From the IMG/VR virus record IMGVR_UViG_2563366849_000003: DNA of 25,386 bases; one strand, given 5' to 3'. Origin of the DNA: a virus (taxonomy: Duplodnaviria; Heunggongvirae; Uroviricota; Caudoviricetes). Each line of letters begins with the position of its first letter. Within the stretch, counting starts at the first letter, position 1. Shown piece after piece: positions 1-8,496 of the stretch. A model generated the notes under the pieces. It was given only the letters and a program-made list of their open reading frames with translations. It did no database searches and was not told the origin of the DNA. Position numbers and translations under genes: made by a program.

Positions 1-1362
1 ATGTTTAAACCGGAACTCCTTTCCCCGGCGGGAACGCTGAAAAATATGCGTTACGCTTTCGCTTATGGCGCAGATGCTGTTTATGCGGGCCAGCCGCGTT
101 ATTCCCTGCGTGTGCGCAACAACGAATTCAACCACGAAAATCTTCAGCTCGGCATCAATGAAGCCCACGCGCTGGGGAAAAAGTTTTATGTCGTGGTCAA
201 CATTGCACCGCACAACGCCAAGCTGAAAACCTTTATCCGTGACCTGAAACCGGTGGTGGAAATGGGGCCGGATGCGCTGATTATGTCCGATCCAGGGCTG
301 ATTATGCTGGTGCGTGAGCACTTCCCTGAAATGCCGATCCACCTTTCGGTGCAGGCTAACGCCGTGAACTGGGCGACGGTGAAATTCTGGCAGCAAATGG
401 GCCTGACCCGCGTGATCCTCTCTCGCGAGCTGTCGCTGGAAGAGATTGAAGAGATCCGCAATCAGGTGCCGGATATGGAGATCGAGATCTTCGTTCACGG
501 CGCGCTGTGCATGGCCTACTCCGGTCGCTGCCTGCTCTCTGGCTATATCAACAAGCGCGACCCGAACCAGGGCACCTGCACCAACGCCTGCCGCTGGGAG
601 TACAACGTCCAGGAAGGGAAAGAAGATGATGTTGGCAACATCGTACACAAGTACGAGCCGATTCCGGTGCAAAATGTTGAGCCGACGCTGGGTATCGGCG
701 CACCAACCGACAAAGTGTTTATGATCGAAGAGGCCCAGCGTCCGGGCGAGTATATGACCGCGTTTGAAGATGAGCACGGCACTTACATCATGAACTCGAA
801 AGATCTGCGCGCCATCGCCCATGTAGAACGCCTGACCAAAATGGGCGTGCATTCGCTGAAAATCGAAGGTCGTACCAAATCTTTCTACTATTGTGCACGC
901 ACCGCACAGGTTTACCGCAAAGCTATCGATGACGCCGCTGCGGGAAAACCGTTCGATACCAGCCTGCTGGAAACTCTGGAAGGTCTGGCGCATCGTGGCT
1001 ATACCGAAGGTTTCCTGCGTCGTCATACTCACGACGATTATCAGAACTACGAATACGGTTATTCAGTTTCTGACCGCCAGCAGTTTGTTGGTGAGTTTAC
1101 CGGTGAGCGCAAGGGGGACCTCGCGGCGGTAGCGGTGAAAAATAAATTCTCCGTTGGCGACAGCCTTGAGCTGATGACGCCGCAAGGCAACATTAATTTT
1201 ACCCTTGAGCACATGGAAAACGCCAAAGGCGAAGCTATGCCGATAGCACCAGGCGATGGTTATACTGTGTGGCTCCCGGTCCCGCAGGATCTTGAGCTCA
1301 ATTACGCGCTGCTGATGCGTAATTTCTCCGGGGAAACCACGCGTAATCCCCACGGTAAGTGA
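1..1362 (+). CDS. yegQ: U32-family peptidase-like protein YegQ (also described as tRNA U34 hydroxylation factor TrhP)
   Basis: Complete 453-aa ORF starting at window base 1; the sequence and length match what I recall of E. coli YegQ (U32 peptidase family). The location upstream of cyaR and a P2 attachment site fits the known yegQ-cyaR-P2 locus. Confidence 0.9.
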   Translation: MFKPELLSPAGTLKNMRYAFAYGADAVYAGQPRYSLRVRNNEFNHENLQLGINEAHALGKKFYVVVNIAPHNAKLKTFIRDLKPVVEMGPDALIMSDPGLIMLVREHFPEMPIHLSVQANAVNWATVKFWQQMGLTRVILSRELSLEEIEEIRNQVPDMEIEIFVHGALCMAYSGRCLLSGYINKRDPNQGTCTNACRWEYNVQEGKEDDVGNIVHKYEPIPVQNVEPTLGIGAPTDKVFMIEEAQRPGEYMTAFEDEHGTYIMNSKDLRAIAHVERLTKMGVHSLKIEGRTKSFYYCARTAQVYRKAIDDAAAGKPFDTSLLETLEGLAHRGYTEGFLRRHTHDDYQNYEYGYSVSDRQQFVGEFTGERKGDLAAVAVKNKFSVGDSLELMTPQGNINFTLEHMENAKGEAMPIAPGDGYTVWLPVPQDLELNYALLMRNFSGETTRNPHGK

Positions 1363-1398
1363 TTAATTTCGATTATTTTTCCCGGATGGAAAATTCTT

Positions 1399-1446
1399 AG
1401 AAACCGATCACATACAGCTGCATTTATTAAGGTTATCATCCGTTTC
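1399..1446 (+). promoter_or_regulatory. cyaR promoter region: candidate CRP half-site (TCACA at 1408..1412) and -10-like TATCAT (1434..1439)
   Basis: Read directly upstream of the cyaR 5' end. CyaR is known to be CRP-activated, but exact site boundaries are not verified here. Confidence 0.35.
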
Positions 1447-1533
1447 GCTGAAAAACATAACCCATAAAATGCTAGCTGTACCAGGAACCACCTCCTTAGC
1501 CTGTGTAATCTCCCTTACACGGGCTTATTTTTT
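1447..1533 (+). ncRNA. cyaR: CyaR (RyeE) Hfq-dependent small regulatory RNA, about 87 nt
   Basis: The sequence GCTGAAAAACATAACCCATAAAATGCTAGCTGTACCAGGAACCACCTCCTTAGCCTGTGTAATCTCCCTTACACGGGCTTATTTTTT matches my recollection of E. coli CyaR, ending in an intrinsic terminator hairpin (TGTGTAATCTCCCTTACACGGGCTTA) plus T-run. Confidence 0.85.
1507..1533. other. P2 attachment-site core (prophage/host junction) embedded in the cyaR 3' end
   Basis: AATCTCCCTTACACGGGCTTATTTTTT is the reverse complement of the 27-nt P2 att core AAAAAATAAGCCCGTGTAAGGGAGATT as I recall it. Phage genes (ogr onward) begin immediately downstream. Confidence 0.75.
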
Positions 1534-1597
1534 ACGCGTAATACAATGAAATAAAAGGATTTATTTCTGGTCACGTCCACACATTGACCACATCGAC

Positions 1598-1627
1598 AAA
1601 AAAGCCCCTCGACTGAGGGGCTTCCTG
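1598..1627 (-). terminator. Intrinsic terminator downstream of ogr
   Basis: Hairpin GCCCCTC-AGTCGA-GGGGC followed by a T-run on the minus strand (plus-strand text AAAAAAGCCCCTCGACTGAGGGGCTTCC), immediately 3' of the ogr stop. Confidence 0.55.
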
Positions 1628-1634
1628 TTTGTAA

Positions 1635-1853
1635 TTACATCCACATAATTTGCTGCCCTGACGGCAACGGGTGCGGCCTCACGGCGTGGACTTCTCCCGG
1701 CTTCACGATGTATCTCTGTACCGACTCATAAGTGATGAACGTGGCGCTGCAATTCACGTTCTGACACTGGTGATAACGCTCTTTTGTCGTGTCAGTGATA
1801 TAGCGACTTGTACGCGCATGTGCGGCATGCTGGCATAAAGGACAATGAAACAT
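1635..1853 (-). CDS. ogr: Ogr, zinc-finger late-gene transcription activator (72 aa)
   Basis: The supplied 93-aa ORF contains MFHCPLCQHAAHARTSRYITDTTKERYHQCQNVNCSATFITYESVQRY..., matching P2 Ogr from the internal Met. The CxxC...CxxC zinc-finger spacing is visible. The start is placed at the internal Met to give the 72-aa P2-sized product. Confidence 0.9.
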   Translation of the reverse strand: MFHCPLCQHAAHARTSRYITDTTKERYHQCQNVNCSATFITYESVQRYIVKPGEVHAVRPHPLPSGQQIMWM

Positions 1854-1934
1854 CGCGAGCACCTCTTCCGGTTTTGTTGATGGTGCCATTTTAGTTAATT
1901 TACCCTTATAAAACAAACAGATAAAAACAAAACA

Positions 1935-3098
1935 TCACTCATCATCTTCTGTTTCGTACTCCACATCAGAAAGCCTGACCTCAAGCTCCAAGGACGTCGT
2001 GAAGCCGCTGTTATTCAGAAAATGTGTCACCTTAGTGATTGTCCAGTCCTGCTCGTCTATGACGCGCTTAAAGCCTGACACTTTAACCGGTGTTTCCGTG
2101 TAAATATCTGCCCGACCGGTAGCCAGGCTGATGGAGAACTCCGCTACGCCCCGTTGCAGTTTATCCCACTTCGCCTGAGCGGCGCGCATGGCCTGCGCTT
2201 TCGTGGCATATACCGTGGTCAGGGCAAAAACGTTGTCAGCCTCACCGGCCATGTATTCACCTTCGCGCGCTTCCGGTACTTTTGGCGCTTTCTTCTGCGT
2301 GACCGGTTTCGCTTTCGGGTGCTCCAGTGCGCGCAGGTGTTTTTCTTTCTTTTTGCGTTTCAGTTTTACCTTCTGCTTTTGCGGCTTCGGGTCTTTGGTG
2401 TGTAACCACTTTGCCGTTACGCCGGTGTAAGCTCCACGGTCAGCAATCGCAAAATGATGACGGTCGCCGTCGCTGCGGGTGATGGTAATCTGCGGGATTT
2501 TTTTACCGCTGGCCGTCACCCCCTGCCCCGCTTTGAGAAACAGCAGTTTTCCCATTTTTACCGACACCTCACCGCCGTTGCGTTCAGCAAGGCGGGTCAG
2601 GAATTTCGCATCAGACTCCTGCGACTGGTCGATGTGCGGGATTTTAATTCCGTCCAGTGACGGCGCGACACTGGCTTCCAGCTTGTTACGGGAGGCTATC
2701 GCCTCAACAATCGCACCGAGCGTGGTGTCATGCCATGAGCCTTCACGGCGGGAATTGAGCGTCCCGCGAAAATCTGCACTCCGGGCGCGGATGGTGACCA
2801 CATCCGGTGTGCCCCGGTGTTCAACCTCATCAACGGTAAATTTCCCTTTGCATACCAGGGCAAAACCTTTCCAGCCGATATACACCGTCAGGACAGCGCC
2901 ACGAACCGGCAGCCCGACCTGCCCGTCGGCATCGTTCAGTTCAATATCAAGCTGGTCAGCCTCAAAGCCCCGGTTATCCGTCAGGGTCATGCTCATCAGA
3001 CGGTCGCTGATATTGCCGGTAATATCCCTGCTGTCGAGCATCAGCATGTAATCCGGCGTCAGCGTACTGCCTGCATCAAATGTCAGCGCATCCAGCAT
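1935..3098 (-). CDS. D: Tail protein D (P2 gpD, late control gene D)
   Basis: 387-aa ORF, same length as P2 gpD, in its position between ogr and U; the start overlaps the U stop (ATGA). Confidence 0.9.
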   Translation of the reverse strand: MLDALTFDAGSTLTPDYMLMLDSRDITGNISDRLMSMTLTDNRGFEADQLDIELNDADGQVGLPVRGAVLTVYIGWKGFALVCKGKFTVDEVEHRGTPDVVTIRARSADFRGTLNSRREGSWHDTTLGAIVEAIASRNKLEASVAPSLDGIKIPHIDQSQESDAKFLTRLAERNGGEVSVKMGKLLFLKAGQGVTASGKKIPQITITRSDGDRHHFAIADRGAYTGVTAKWLHTKDPKPQKQKVKLKRKKKEKHLRALEHPKAKPVTQKKAPKVPEAREGEYMAGEADNVFALTTVYATKAQAMRAAQAKWDKLQRGVAEFSISLATGRADIYTETPVKVSGFKRVIDEQDWTITKVTHFLNNSGFTTSLELEVRLSDVEYETEDDE

Positions 3099-3577
3099 TA
3101 TCCCGCCCCCGTCATACCCGTGAATTTAGTCGCCATACTGCCAGCCTTACCGATGAGCGATTCCGCCTGTTTACCGATATCGCCATAAAGCGCGGCCAGT
3201 GATTCATCAACGCGGGTGAGCGACAGCGTAAAATCAATTTTCCGGGGTGTGCCGTCTGCAAAGAAAATACTCCCTGTTTCATTCACCCTGCTGATGACAT
3301 ACATGCCGTAAATCATGCCGGTGCCATCCAGCAACGGCCACGCCCGGCCTTCCTCTGCCATCAGCCTGAGCGTGGTCATCGTCAGCTTGCCGCCGGTCAG
3401 TTCGGGATAAAGCACGCCGGCAAGCGTGATGTTTTCCTCACCCACACCGAGAAACTGGTAGGCATCCCGTTTACCGATACGGGAATTTGACGGCCAGCGA
3501 TAATCTGATTCACGCTGCATGGTCTGGTGTGGCAGCGTCTGGCGCATAAAAACAAACATACCTAACGCGAGCATCAT
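3098..3577 (-). CDS. U: Tail protein U (P2 gpU)
   Basis: 159-aa ORF in P2 gpU position and size. Confidence 0.88.
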   Translation of the reverse strand: MMLALGMFVFMRQTLPHQTMQRESDYRWPSNSRIGKRDAYQFLGVGEENITLAGVLYPELTGGKLTMTTLRLMAEEGRAWPLLDGTGMIYGMYVISRVNETGSIFFADGTPRKIDFTLSLTRVDESLAALYGDIGKQAESLIGKAGSMATKFTGMTGAG

Positions 3578-3591
3578 TTTTCGTCACCTCC

Positions 3592-6039
3592 TTAACCGTC
3601 ATGCATCATGCTGGCACGGGCGCGCGCACGTTTATCCCGCTCGTATTTTTCGAGCGCATCCTGTAACTGGCGGTCAAGCTGTGTCCCCGGCGCAGTACCA
3701 CCGGTCAGGCTGATGTGATATTCGTTTTTACTCTGGTCCACATAAGAGCGGCCAGCCGGTGCCGTGACCGGCTGATAAGCCTGATAACCTGCATAAGAGC
3801 TGGTCGCCGGAATATAACCACCGCTGCCATACGTGGCAGCTTGAGTTCTGGCGGCGGTCTGGTCAAGTGTGTCTGACTCTTTGTTGATAACACCGAGTTT
3901 TTCCAGTACCCAGTCAATACCACTGCGCAGTTTGTTGAACGCATTAAGCGGCAGCATCAGCGCGTCAGCCAGTGCCTGCCCGAACATGACGCCCGTGTCA
4001 CGGCAACGGTTCAGGGTGTCCTGGGTGGCTTTGACCGGGGCAATCAGGTTTTTAAACCACTGCCACGCGGCCTGTAACTTTTCACCCAGCCAGTCAAACA
4101 CCGGTTTAAGTGGCGTGAACAGTTCCCCCACCGGCGCAAATGCCGCTTTCAGCCCTTCCACCACACCGCCAAAGAATGCGCTGACAGGCTCCCAGTATTT
4201 ACGGATAAGCAACGCCCCGGCGACAATGGCGGCCACCACGGCCACAACCGGCCAGCTAATCGCCCCGATGGCCGTCATAACAGCACTGCCAACCGTCGTG
4301 AAGATTGCCCCCATTGCGCCTGCTGCCGCGATGATGGCATTGATGCCGGTGATAACCGGCCAGGCTACGAGGCCAATGGCACCAATGATGCCAGTCAGCG
4401 CCAGTGCACCACCGGCAATAATGCCGATGGTTGACGCCAGTGATTTGTTTTTCTGGATCCAGCCGTCGAGTTTTAACACATACTTTGTGGCCGTCTGCGT
4501 GAGCTTACGCAGTGCGCCTTCCTGCTGGTCAAACAGGTCAGTCCCCACCGCCTCATAAGCGGACTGAAACTCCTTAAAGTCACCGCCGAGGTTGTCCTGC
4601 ATGATATTTACCAGCTCGGCAGTCTTCCCGTCTGAGGCTTTAAACGCAGCGGTCAGTTTGTCCAGCTTTCCAGTTGAGGCGGCAGTCATCAGCACGGCGG
4701 CGGCTGAGCTGGCCTCCTCCCCGAAAATAGTTTTCATGTATTCAGCCTGCTGGGCAGTACCGAGCCGGTTTTTCTCAAAACTGGCCTGCATTTCTTTCAG
4801 AATGGTAAATACTGGTCGGGTATTCCCCTTACTGTCTGAGGTTTTCACGCCAAGCTCTTTGAGTGCATCCCATGCTTTTCCCGTCGGTGCCTGCAGACGG
4901 CTTAACACGGCACGGCTTCCCGTCCCCGCCATTGAGCCTGTGATTTTTGCATCATGCAGCGCCCCGACCATTGCGGCGGTTTCTTCAATGCTGACACCGG
5001 CATTTTTTGCCACAGGTGCGGCATAGGTCAGCGCATCGCTCATGCCGTCAAAATCGGCGGCGGTTTTGTTCATCGTCATGGAGAGAACATCCCCGATATG
5101 AGCGACCTTATCGTTTGAAAGCTGAAAGGCGGATTTCATCCCCATCAGCAGGGCGGCGTTTTCTTCCATCGTGCGGCGGTTCGCCAGCGCCATATTCAGC
5201 GTGACCGGCGTTGCCGCCTGAATGGCATCAACATCCCCACCCGCTTTCGCGATGATTATCTGTGCACCGGCCGCATCATCCGCTGAGGCGGCGGTATTGT
5301 CGCCGAGCTGGCGCGCCTGTTTGCGTAGTGCGGTCATTTCGGCGGAGTCTTTTGCCACTCCGAGCACGGCCTGCAATTCTGAGTTTTTCTGCGCAAACTC
5401 ATAACCGGGCATCAGCAACTTAACTCCGGCCATCGTTCCCGCCGCCGCAATCCCCACACCGGCAGCGCCCACTGAGGCCATATTTCCGGCCAGTTCCTTG
5501 CCTGCCTGATAACGCTGTTTTACTGCGTTAAGTTTTGCCTGTTGCGCACTGACACGCGCCAGCGCGTCACGCTGACGGTTAAGCTGTGCGGTGGTTTCAC
5601 TGATACGGTTTTTCAGTCCCTGCTCATCATGTGCAAGATTGCGGGTATTAATTCTCACAACGGCCAGTTCCCGCTGCTGGCGTTTAACGGAATCCGTCAG
5701 GCGGTTATATTTCGCCTGTAAGTCCTCCGCCGCACGCTTTGCGGATTCCAGCACTTTCGCCTGAGCACGTGTCGGACGTTCGGTGTTTTTAAACTGTGTG
5801 GCAAGGGCTTCGGCCTCCTGCCGTGCCTTTTCAAGTGCATGACCAGTCACGGCGAGCTGTGCACTGGTCTTGCGAAATCCCTCAATACGGGATGCCTGAC
5901 CGTTCAGCTCGCGCAGTGATTTTTGTGTTTCCCGGATATCCCCCGACAGCGACTTGCTCGCTGTGCGGATGGATTTAAACGGGCGGGATGCCTGGTCAAC
6001 AGCCCTGAGCAATACCTGTAATTTTACATTGTTACTCAT
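3592..6039 (-). CDS. T: Tail tape-measure protein (P2 gpT)
   Basis: 815-aa ORF (P2 gpT is 815 aa), Ala/Gly-rich with coiled-coil N-terminus and hydrophobic segments typical of tape-measure proteins; position between E/E' and U. Confidence 0.9.
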   Translation of the reverse strand: MSNNVKLQVLLRAVDQASRPFKSIRTASKSLSGDIRETQKSLRELNGQASRIEGFRKTSAQLAVTGHALEKARQEAEALATQFKNTERPTRAQAKVLESAKRAAEDLQAKYNRLTDSVKRQQRELAVVRINTRNLAHDEQGLKNRISETTAQLNRQRDALARVSAQQAKLNAVKQRYQAGKELAGNMASVGAAGVGIAAAGTMAGVKLLMPGYEFAQKNSELQAVLGVAKDSAEMTALRKQARQLGDNTAASADDAAGAQIIIAKAGGDVDAIQAATPVTLNMALANRRTMEENAALLMGMKSAFQLSNDKVAHIGDVLSMTMNKTAADFDGMSDALTYAAPVAKNAGVSIEETAAMVGALHDAKITGSMAGTGSRAVLSRLQAPTGKAWDALKELGVKTSDSKGNTRPVFTILKEMQASFEKNRLGTAQQAEYMKTIFGEEASSAAAVLMTAASTGKLDKLTAAFKASDGKTAELVNIMQDNLGGDFKEFQSAYEAVGTDLFDQQEGALRKLTQTATKYVLKLDGWIQKNKSLASTIGIIAGGALALTGIIGAIGLVAWPVITGINAIIAAAGAMGAIFTTVGSAVMTAIGAISWPVVAVVAAIVAGALLIRKYWEPVSAFFGGVVEGLKAAFAPVGELFTPLKPVFDWLGEKLQAAWQWFKNLIAPVKATQDTLNRCRDTGVMFGQALADALMLPLNAFNKLRSGIDWVLEKLGVINKESDTLDQTAARTQAATYGSGGYIPATSSYAGYQAYQPVTAPAGRSYVDQSKNEYHISLTGGTAPGTQLDRQLQDALEKYERDKRARARASMMHDG

Positions 6040-6459
6040 TCGTGTTTCCGCTTCGCCGGAGCGCCTTTTCGCGCCATGTGATGAGTTCGGTCAGGCTCAT
6101 GGGATACAGTTCTGATGGCGGCCAGTGAAATATCACTGCCACATCCGCCATCAGGTCATCGACCGAGAGATTTTTCGAAAACGTCACTGCACCGAGTTCG
6201 GAGACAAAAAACCGACCACCTTACCGGCCAGCGCCACAAGGTCAGGCAGTTCCAGCGCGGCGACCTCCTGCTCGGTCAGCATCGGTGCCGTCATGCGCGG
6301 CAGCACCTTAATCAGTGCATCGACTTCGGAGTTTGCGACCGCAGCCAGACTGACACCGCGCAGCGTCCCGGCATTAGGTTTCATCAGCGTGACCTGTTCG
6401 ATAACCTGCTCACCACGCTTGACCGGATTGTCCAGGGTAATCACATTTTCTTTGTTCAT
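6032..6459 (-). CDS. E+E': Tail assembly chaperone E+E' made by programmed -1 ribosomal frameshift (about 142 aa)
   Basis: I translated the -1 frame by hand from the slippery site TTTTTTG (minus strand, 6211..6205). It stays open for 57 codons and stops at TAA 6034..6032, overlapping the T start (ATG 6039..6037). The total of about 142 aa equals the P2 E+E' length. Confidence 0.8.
6184..6459 (-). CDS. E: Tail assembly chaperone E (P2 gpE, 91 aa)
   Basis: 91-aa ORF ending ...KVVGFLSPNSVQ, in the P2 gpE position; a slippery heptamer sits about 7 codons before the stop. Confidence 0.88.
   Translation of the reverse strand: MNKENVITLDNPVKRGEQVIEQVTLMKPNAGTLRGVSLAAVANSEVDALIKVLPRMTAPMLTEQEVAALELPDLVALAGKVVGFLSPNSVQ
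6205..6211 (-). promoter_or_regulatory. -1 frameshift slippery heptamer T-TTT-TTG for E/E'
   Basis: Zero-frame codons GGT TTT TTG read directly; X-XXY-YYZ pattern as in P2 E/E' and lambda G/GT. Confidence 0.8.
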
Positions 6460-6515
6460 GGTTTTCTCACTTCTGAATCGGGGTTAACCGGTCAGCCAGG
6501 CTGACCGGATGAAAA

Positions 6516-7034
6516 TCACAGGCCGATATTGCGGCGGTGTTGCTCCAGCCGGTCGACGCCGTTCACCTTCTCAATCATGTTGATGGTGTCGATTTCGACC
6601 AGCTCCTTACCGTCCATCGTCAGCCGGAAATAGGTGCAGACCACGGAGATTTTCGACTCGGTGTCTTCTCCCTGTTTGCCCTCGCCGGTGTCGATTTCTT
6701 TCTGACGTCCACGCATGACCACCTCGACGGCCACCGTTTCGCCGGTATCGTCGCGCTGGTAAGAGCCTGCAAAACGAATCGGTACGGCATCCACACCGGT
6801 TGCGGCGTAAAGCTCCCAGATAACCGAATCCGGGAAGCCCCCGAGCGACCACTCCATTGACAGCGCATCGTCATCAAGGCCGAGGTCTACCGGTGCGCTT
6901 CCGTTCATCCCCGCACCGCGATAGTTTTCGAGTTTACGGGTCAGTTTTGGCAGCGTGACGGACTTTGCAACGCCCTGATAGCTGTAGCCGTTCAGAAAGA
7001 CGTTCATTAACTTGAGTTTGCGCGGCATTGCCAT
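6516..7034 (-). CDS. FII: Major tail tube protein (P2 gpFII)
   Basis: 172-aa ORF (P2 FII is 172 aa), directly downstream of FI. Confidence 0.9.
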   Translation of the reverse strand: MAMPRKLKLMNVFLNGYSYQGVAKSVTLPKLTRKLENYRGAGMNGSAPVDLGLDDDALSMEWSLGGFPDSVIWELYAATGVDAVPIRFAGSYQRDDTGETVAVEVVMRGRQKEIDTGEGKQGEDTESKISVVCTYFRLTMDGKELVEIDTINMIEKVNGVDRLEQHRRNIGL

Positions 7035-7046
7035 CGGTCAGGCTCC

Positions 7047-8237
7047 TTAATTGCTGTTAACCGAAGTGACCAGATTTGCCAGGTATTTATCGGTAATACG
7101 CTGGCGCAGGGTCAGGTTTTCGAGAGGAGGCACCGGGGTATAGTCGTAGTCGATATACAGTTTTCCGGCCTTGAGGGTTTCCGCATCGTTGGATTCTTCG
7201 CTGAACCAGCAGGTCGCATCCACGATATAGCCGTTTGTTTTCAGCTCACGGAATTTGGCATTGATGCCGTCAACGATGTCGCGAATCAGCGTTGCGGTGA
7301 TAGGCTTGTCCACCGCCCACATATGCGCCTCAGCCATCGTGTCGGCCAGCACCTGCGCGGTGCGGGTGTAGTTTTCAAAGAGGAACAGCGGGTCATCAGA
7401 GCAGGTACGGTTACCCCAGAAGCGGAAACCGTCGCGGCAAATCAGCGTAGTGACGCCTGACTCGTTAAGCAGGTCAGCATCGGTGCCGGACTCCTGCAAA
7501 TCCCAGAATACAGAGGCACTGATGCCGGTAACACCGTTTACCCCGACATTGGACAGCGTTTTATGCCAGCCCTGCTCCTGGTCGATTTTAGCGCGCAGAC
7601 CCAGCGCACGGGCGGTGGCATACGCGGTGGCGGTGGTGCTGCTGACCGTATCCCATGCGAGGAAATCCGGCCAGATGACCATCAGCTCACGCTGGCTGAA
7701 ATTCTGGCGGTAGGCTTTCACCTCGGAAATGGTTTTACAGCCCCATGCGCTGATATACCCGAAAGCGCGCAGCTTCTGACAGACTGATGCCAGTGCAACA
7801 GCCACCTCTTTGGTGTCCAGTCCCGGCACGCCGAGAATACGCGGTTTAACACCGGTTACCGACTCTGCCGCCAGCAGGGCTTTCAGTCCGGTATACTGAC
7901 CGTTTTCGTCAGTGGTGCCGATGATATTGGAAACGGTCTGCGCGAGTTTCGTTTCTTCGTCGTCGCCGGTGCCGTCTTCCACACGCACGACAACGGTGAC
8001 CGGTTTTGACTGGTCGGCGATGGCCTGCAACGATGCCGCCAGCGTGCCTTTTTTACCAGCCTTTGCAATTGCGCTCTGCACATTGGTAATCAGCACCGGT
8101 TTATTGATGGGGAAGGTTTCCGCATCCGCATCGCTGGCCGTGCAGACCATGCCGACAATGGCTGTGGATACGGTGGAAATGACGCGGGTGCCGTCGTTAA
8201 TCTCCAGCACCTGCACGCCGTGATGATAGTCACTCAT
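7047..8237 (-). CDS. FI: Contractile tail sheath protein (P2 gpFI)
   Basis: 396-aa ORF (P2 FI is 396 aa); first gene of the FI-FII-E-T-U-D late operon. Confidence 0.9.
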   Translation of the reverse strand: MSDYHHGVQVLEINDGTRVISTVSTAIVGMVCTASDADAETFPINKPVLITNVQSAIAKAGKKGTLAASLQAIADQSKPVTVVVRVEDGTGDDEETKLAQTVSNIIGTTDENGQYTGLKALLAAESVTGVKPRILGVPGLDTKEVAVALASVCQKLRAFGYISAWGCKTISEVKAYRQNFSQRELMVIWPDFLAWDTVSSTTATAYATARALGLRAKIDQEQGWHKTLSNVGVNGVTGISASVFWDLQESGTDADLLNESGVTTLICRDGFRFWGNRTCSDDPLFLFENYTRTAQVLADTMAEAHMWAVDKPITATLIRDIVDGINAKFRELKTNGYIVDATCWFSEESNDAETLKAGKLYIDYDYTPVPPLENLTLRQRITDKYLANLVTSVNSN

Positions 8238-8330
8238 CCGTTTAACTCCGTGGTTAATGGGTGCAACTATTTTCCGTTGGGTAGTACATGAGACGCTATT
8301 TGACCTGGCTGGTCAGTGGATGAAACAACA

Positions 8331-8360
8331 GATAAAGAAAAGGCGGGCAATCTGCCCGCC
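8331..8360 (-). terminator. Intrinsic terminator-like hairpin (GGCGGGCA-loop-TGCCCGCC) followed by a T-run on the minus strand
   Basis: Perfect 8-bp GC-rich stem at 8342..8349 and 8353..8360 with TTTTCTTTATC following on the minus strand. It lies downstream of the 230-aa cargo gene and next to the late-promoter box. Confidence 0.5.
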
Positions 8361-8378
8361 TGTCCTGATTTGTACACA
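8361..8378 (-). promoter_or_regulatory. Candidate Ogr-dependent late promoter element (TGT-N12-ACA) for the FI operon (PF)
   Basis: TGTCCTGATTTGTACACA fits the P2/P4 late-promoter activator box TGT-N12-ACA, located about 125 bp upstream of the FI start. The -10 element is not confidently identified. Confidence 0.5.
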
Positions 8379-8496
8379 CTCATTTTCCGACTGACAATTT
8401 ACATAGCCAAAACGCTATCAAATCTGACTGCCTGTTTTGAGCGAAGAGGAACCTGAGATTGTGGTATGCTAATTTATGGGGAGCAGGTCAATTGTA

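Noticed and set aside
1854-1916. N-terminal extension of the ogr ORF (93-aa version starting MFYKGKLTK)
   Set aside because: P2 Ogr is 72 aa and begins MFHCPLCQH; the upstream Met is probably not the start.
3869-5404. Several plus-strand ORFs of 60-229 aa (3869..4558, 4592..5026, 5007..5204, 5222..5404) antisense to the tape-measure gene T
   Set aside because: They lie fully inside the well-supported minus-strand T gene and have low-complexity Ala/Ser/Pro-rich translations typical of antisense reading of GC-rich coding DNA, with no ribosome-binding sites.
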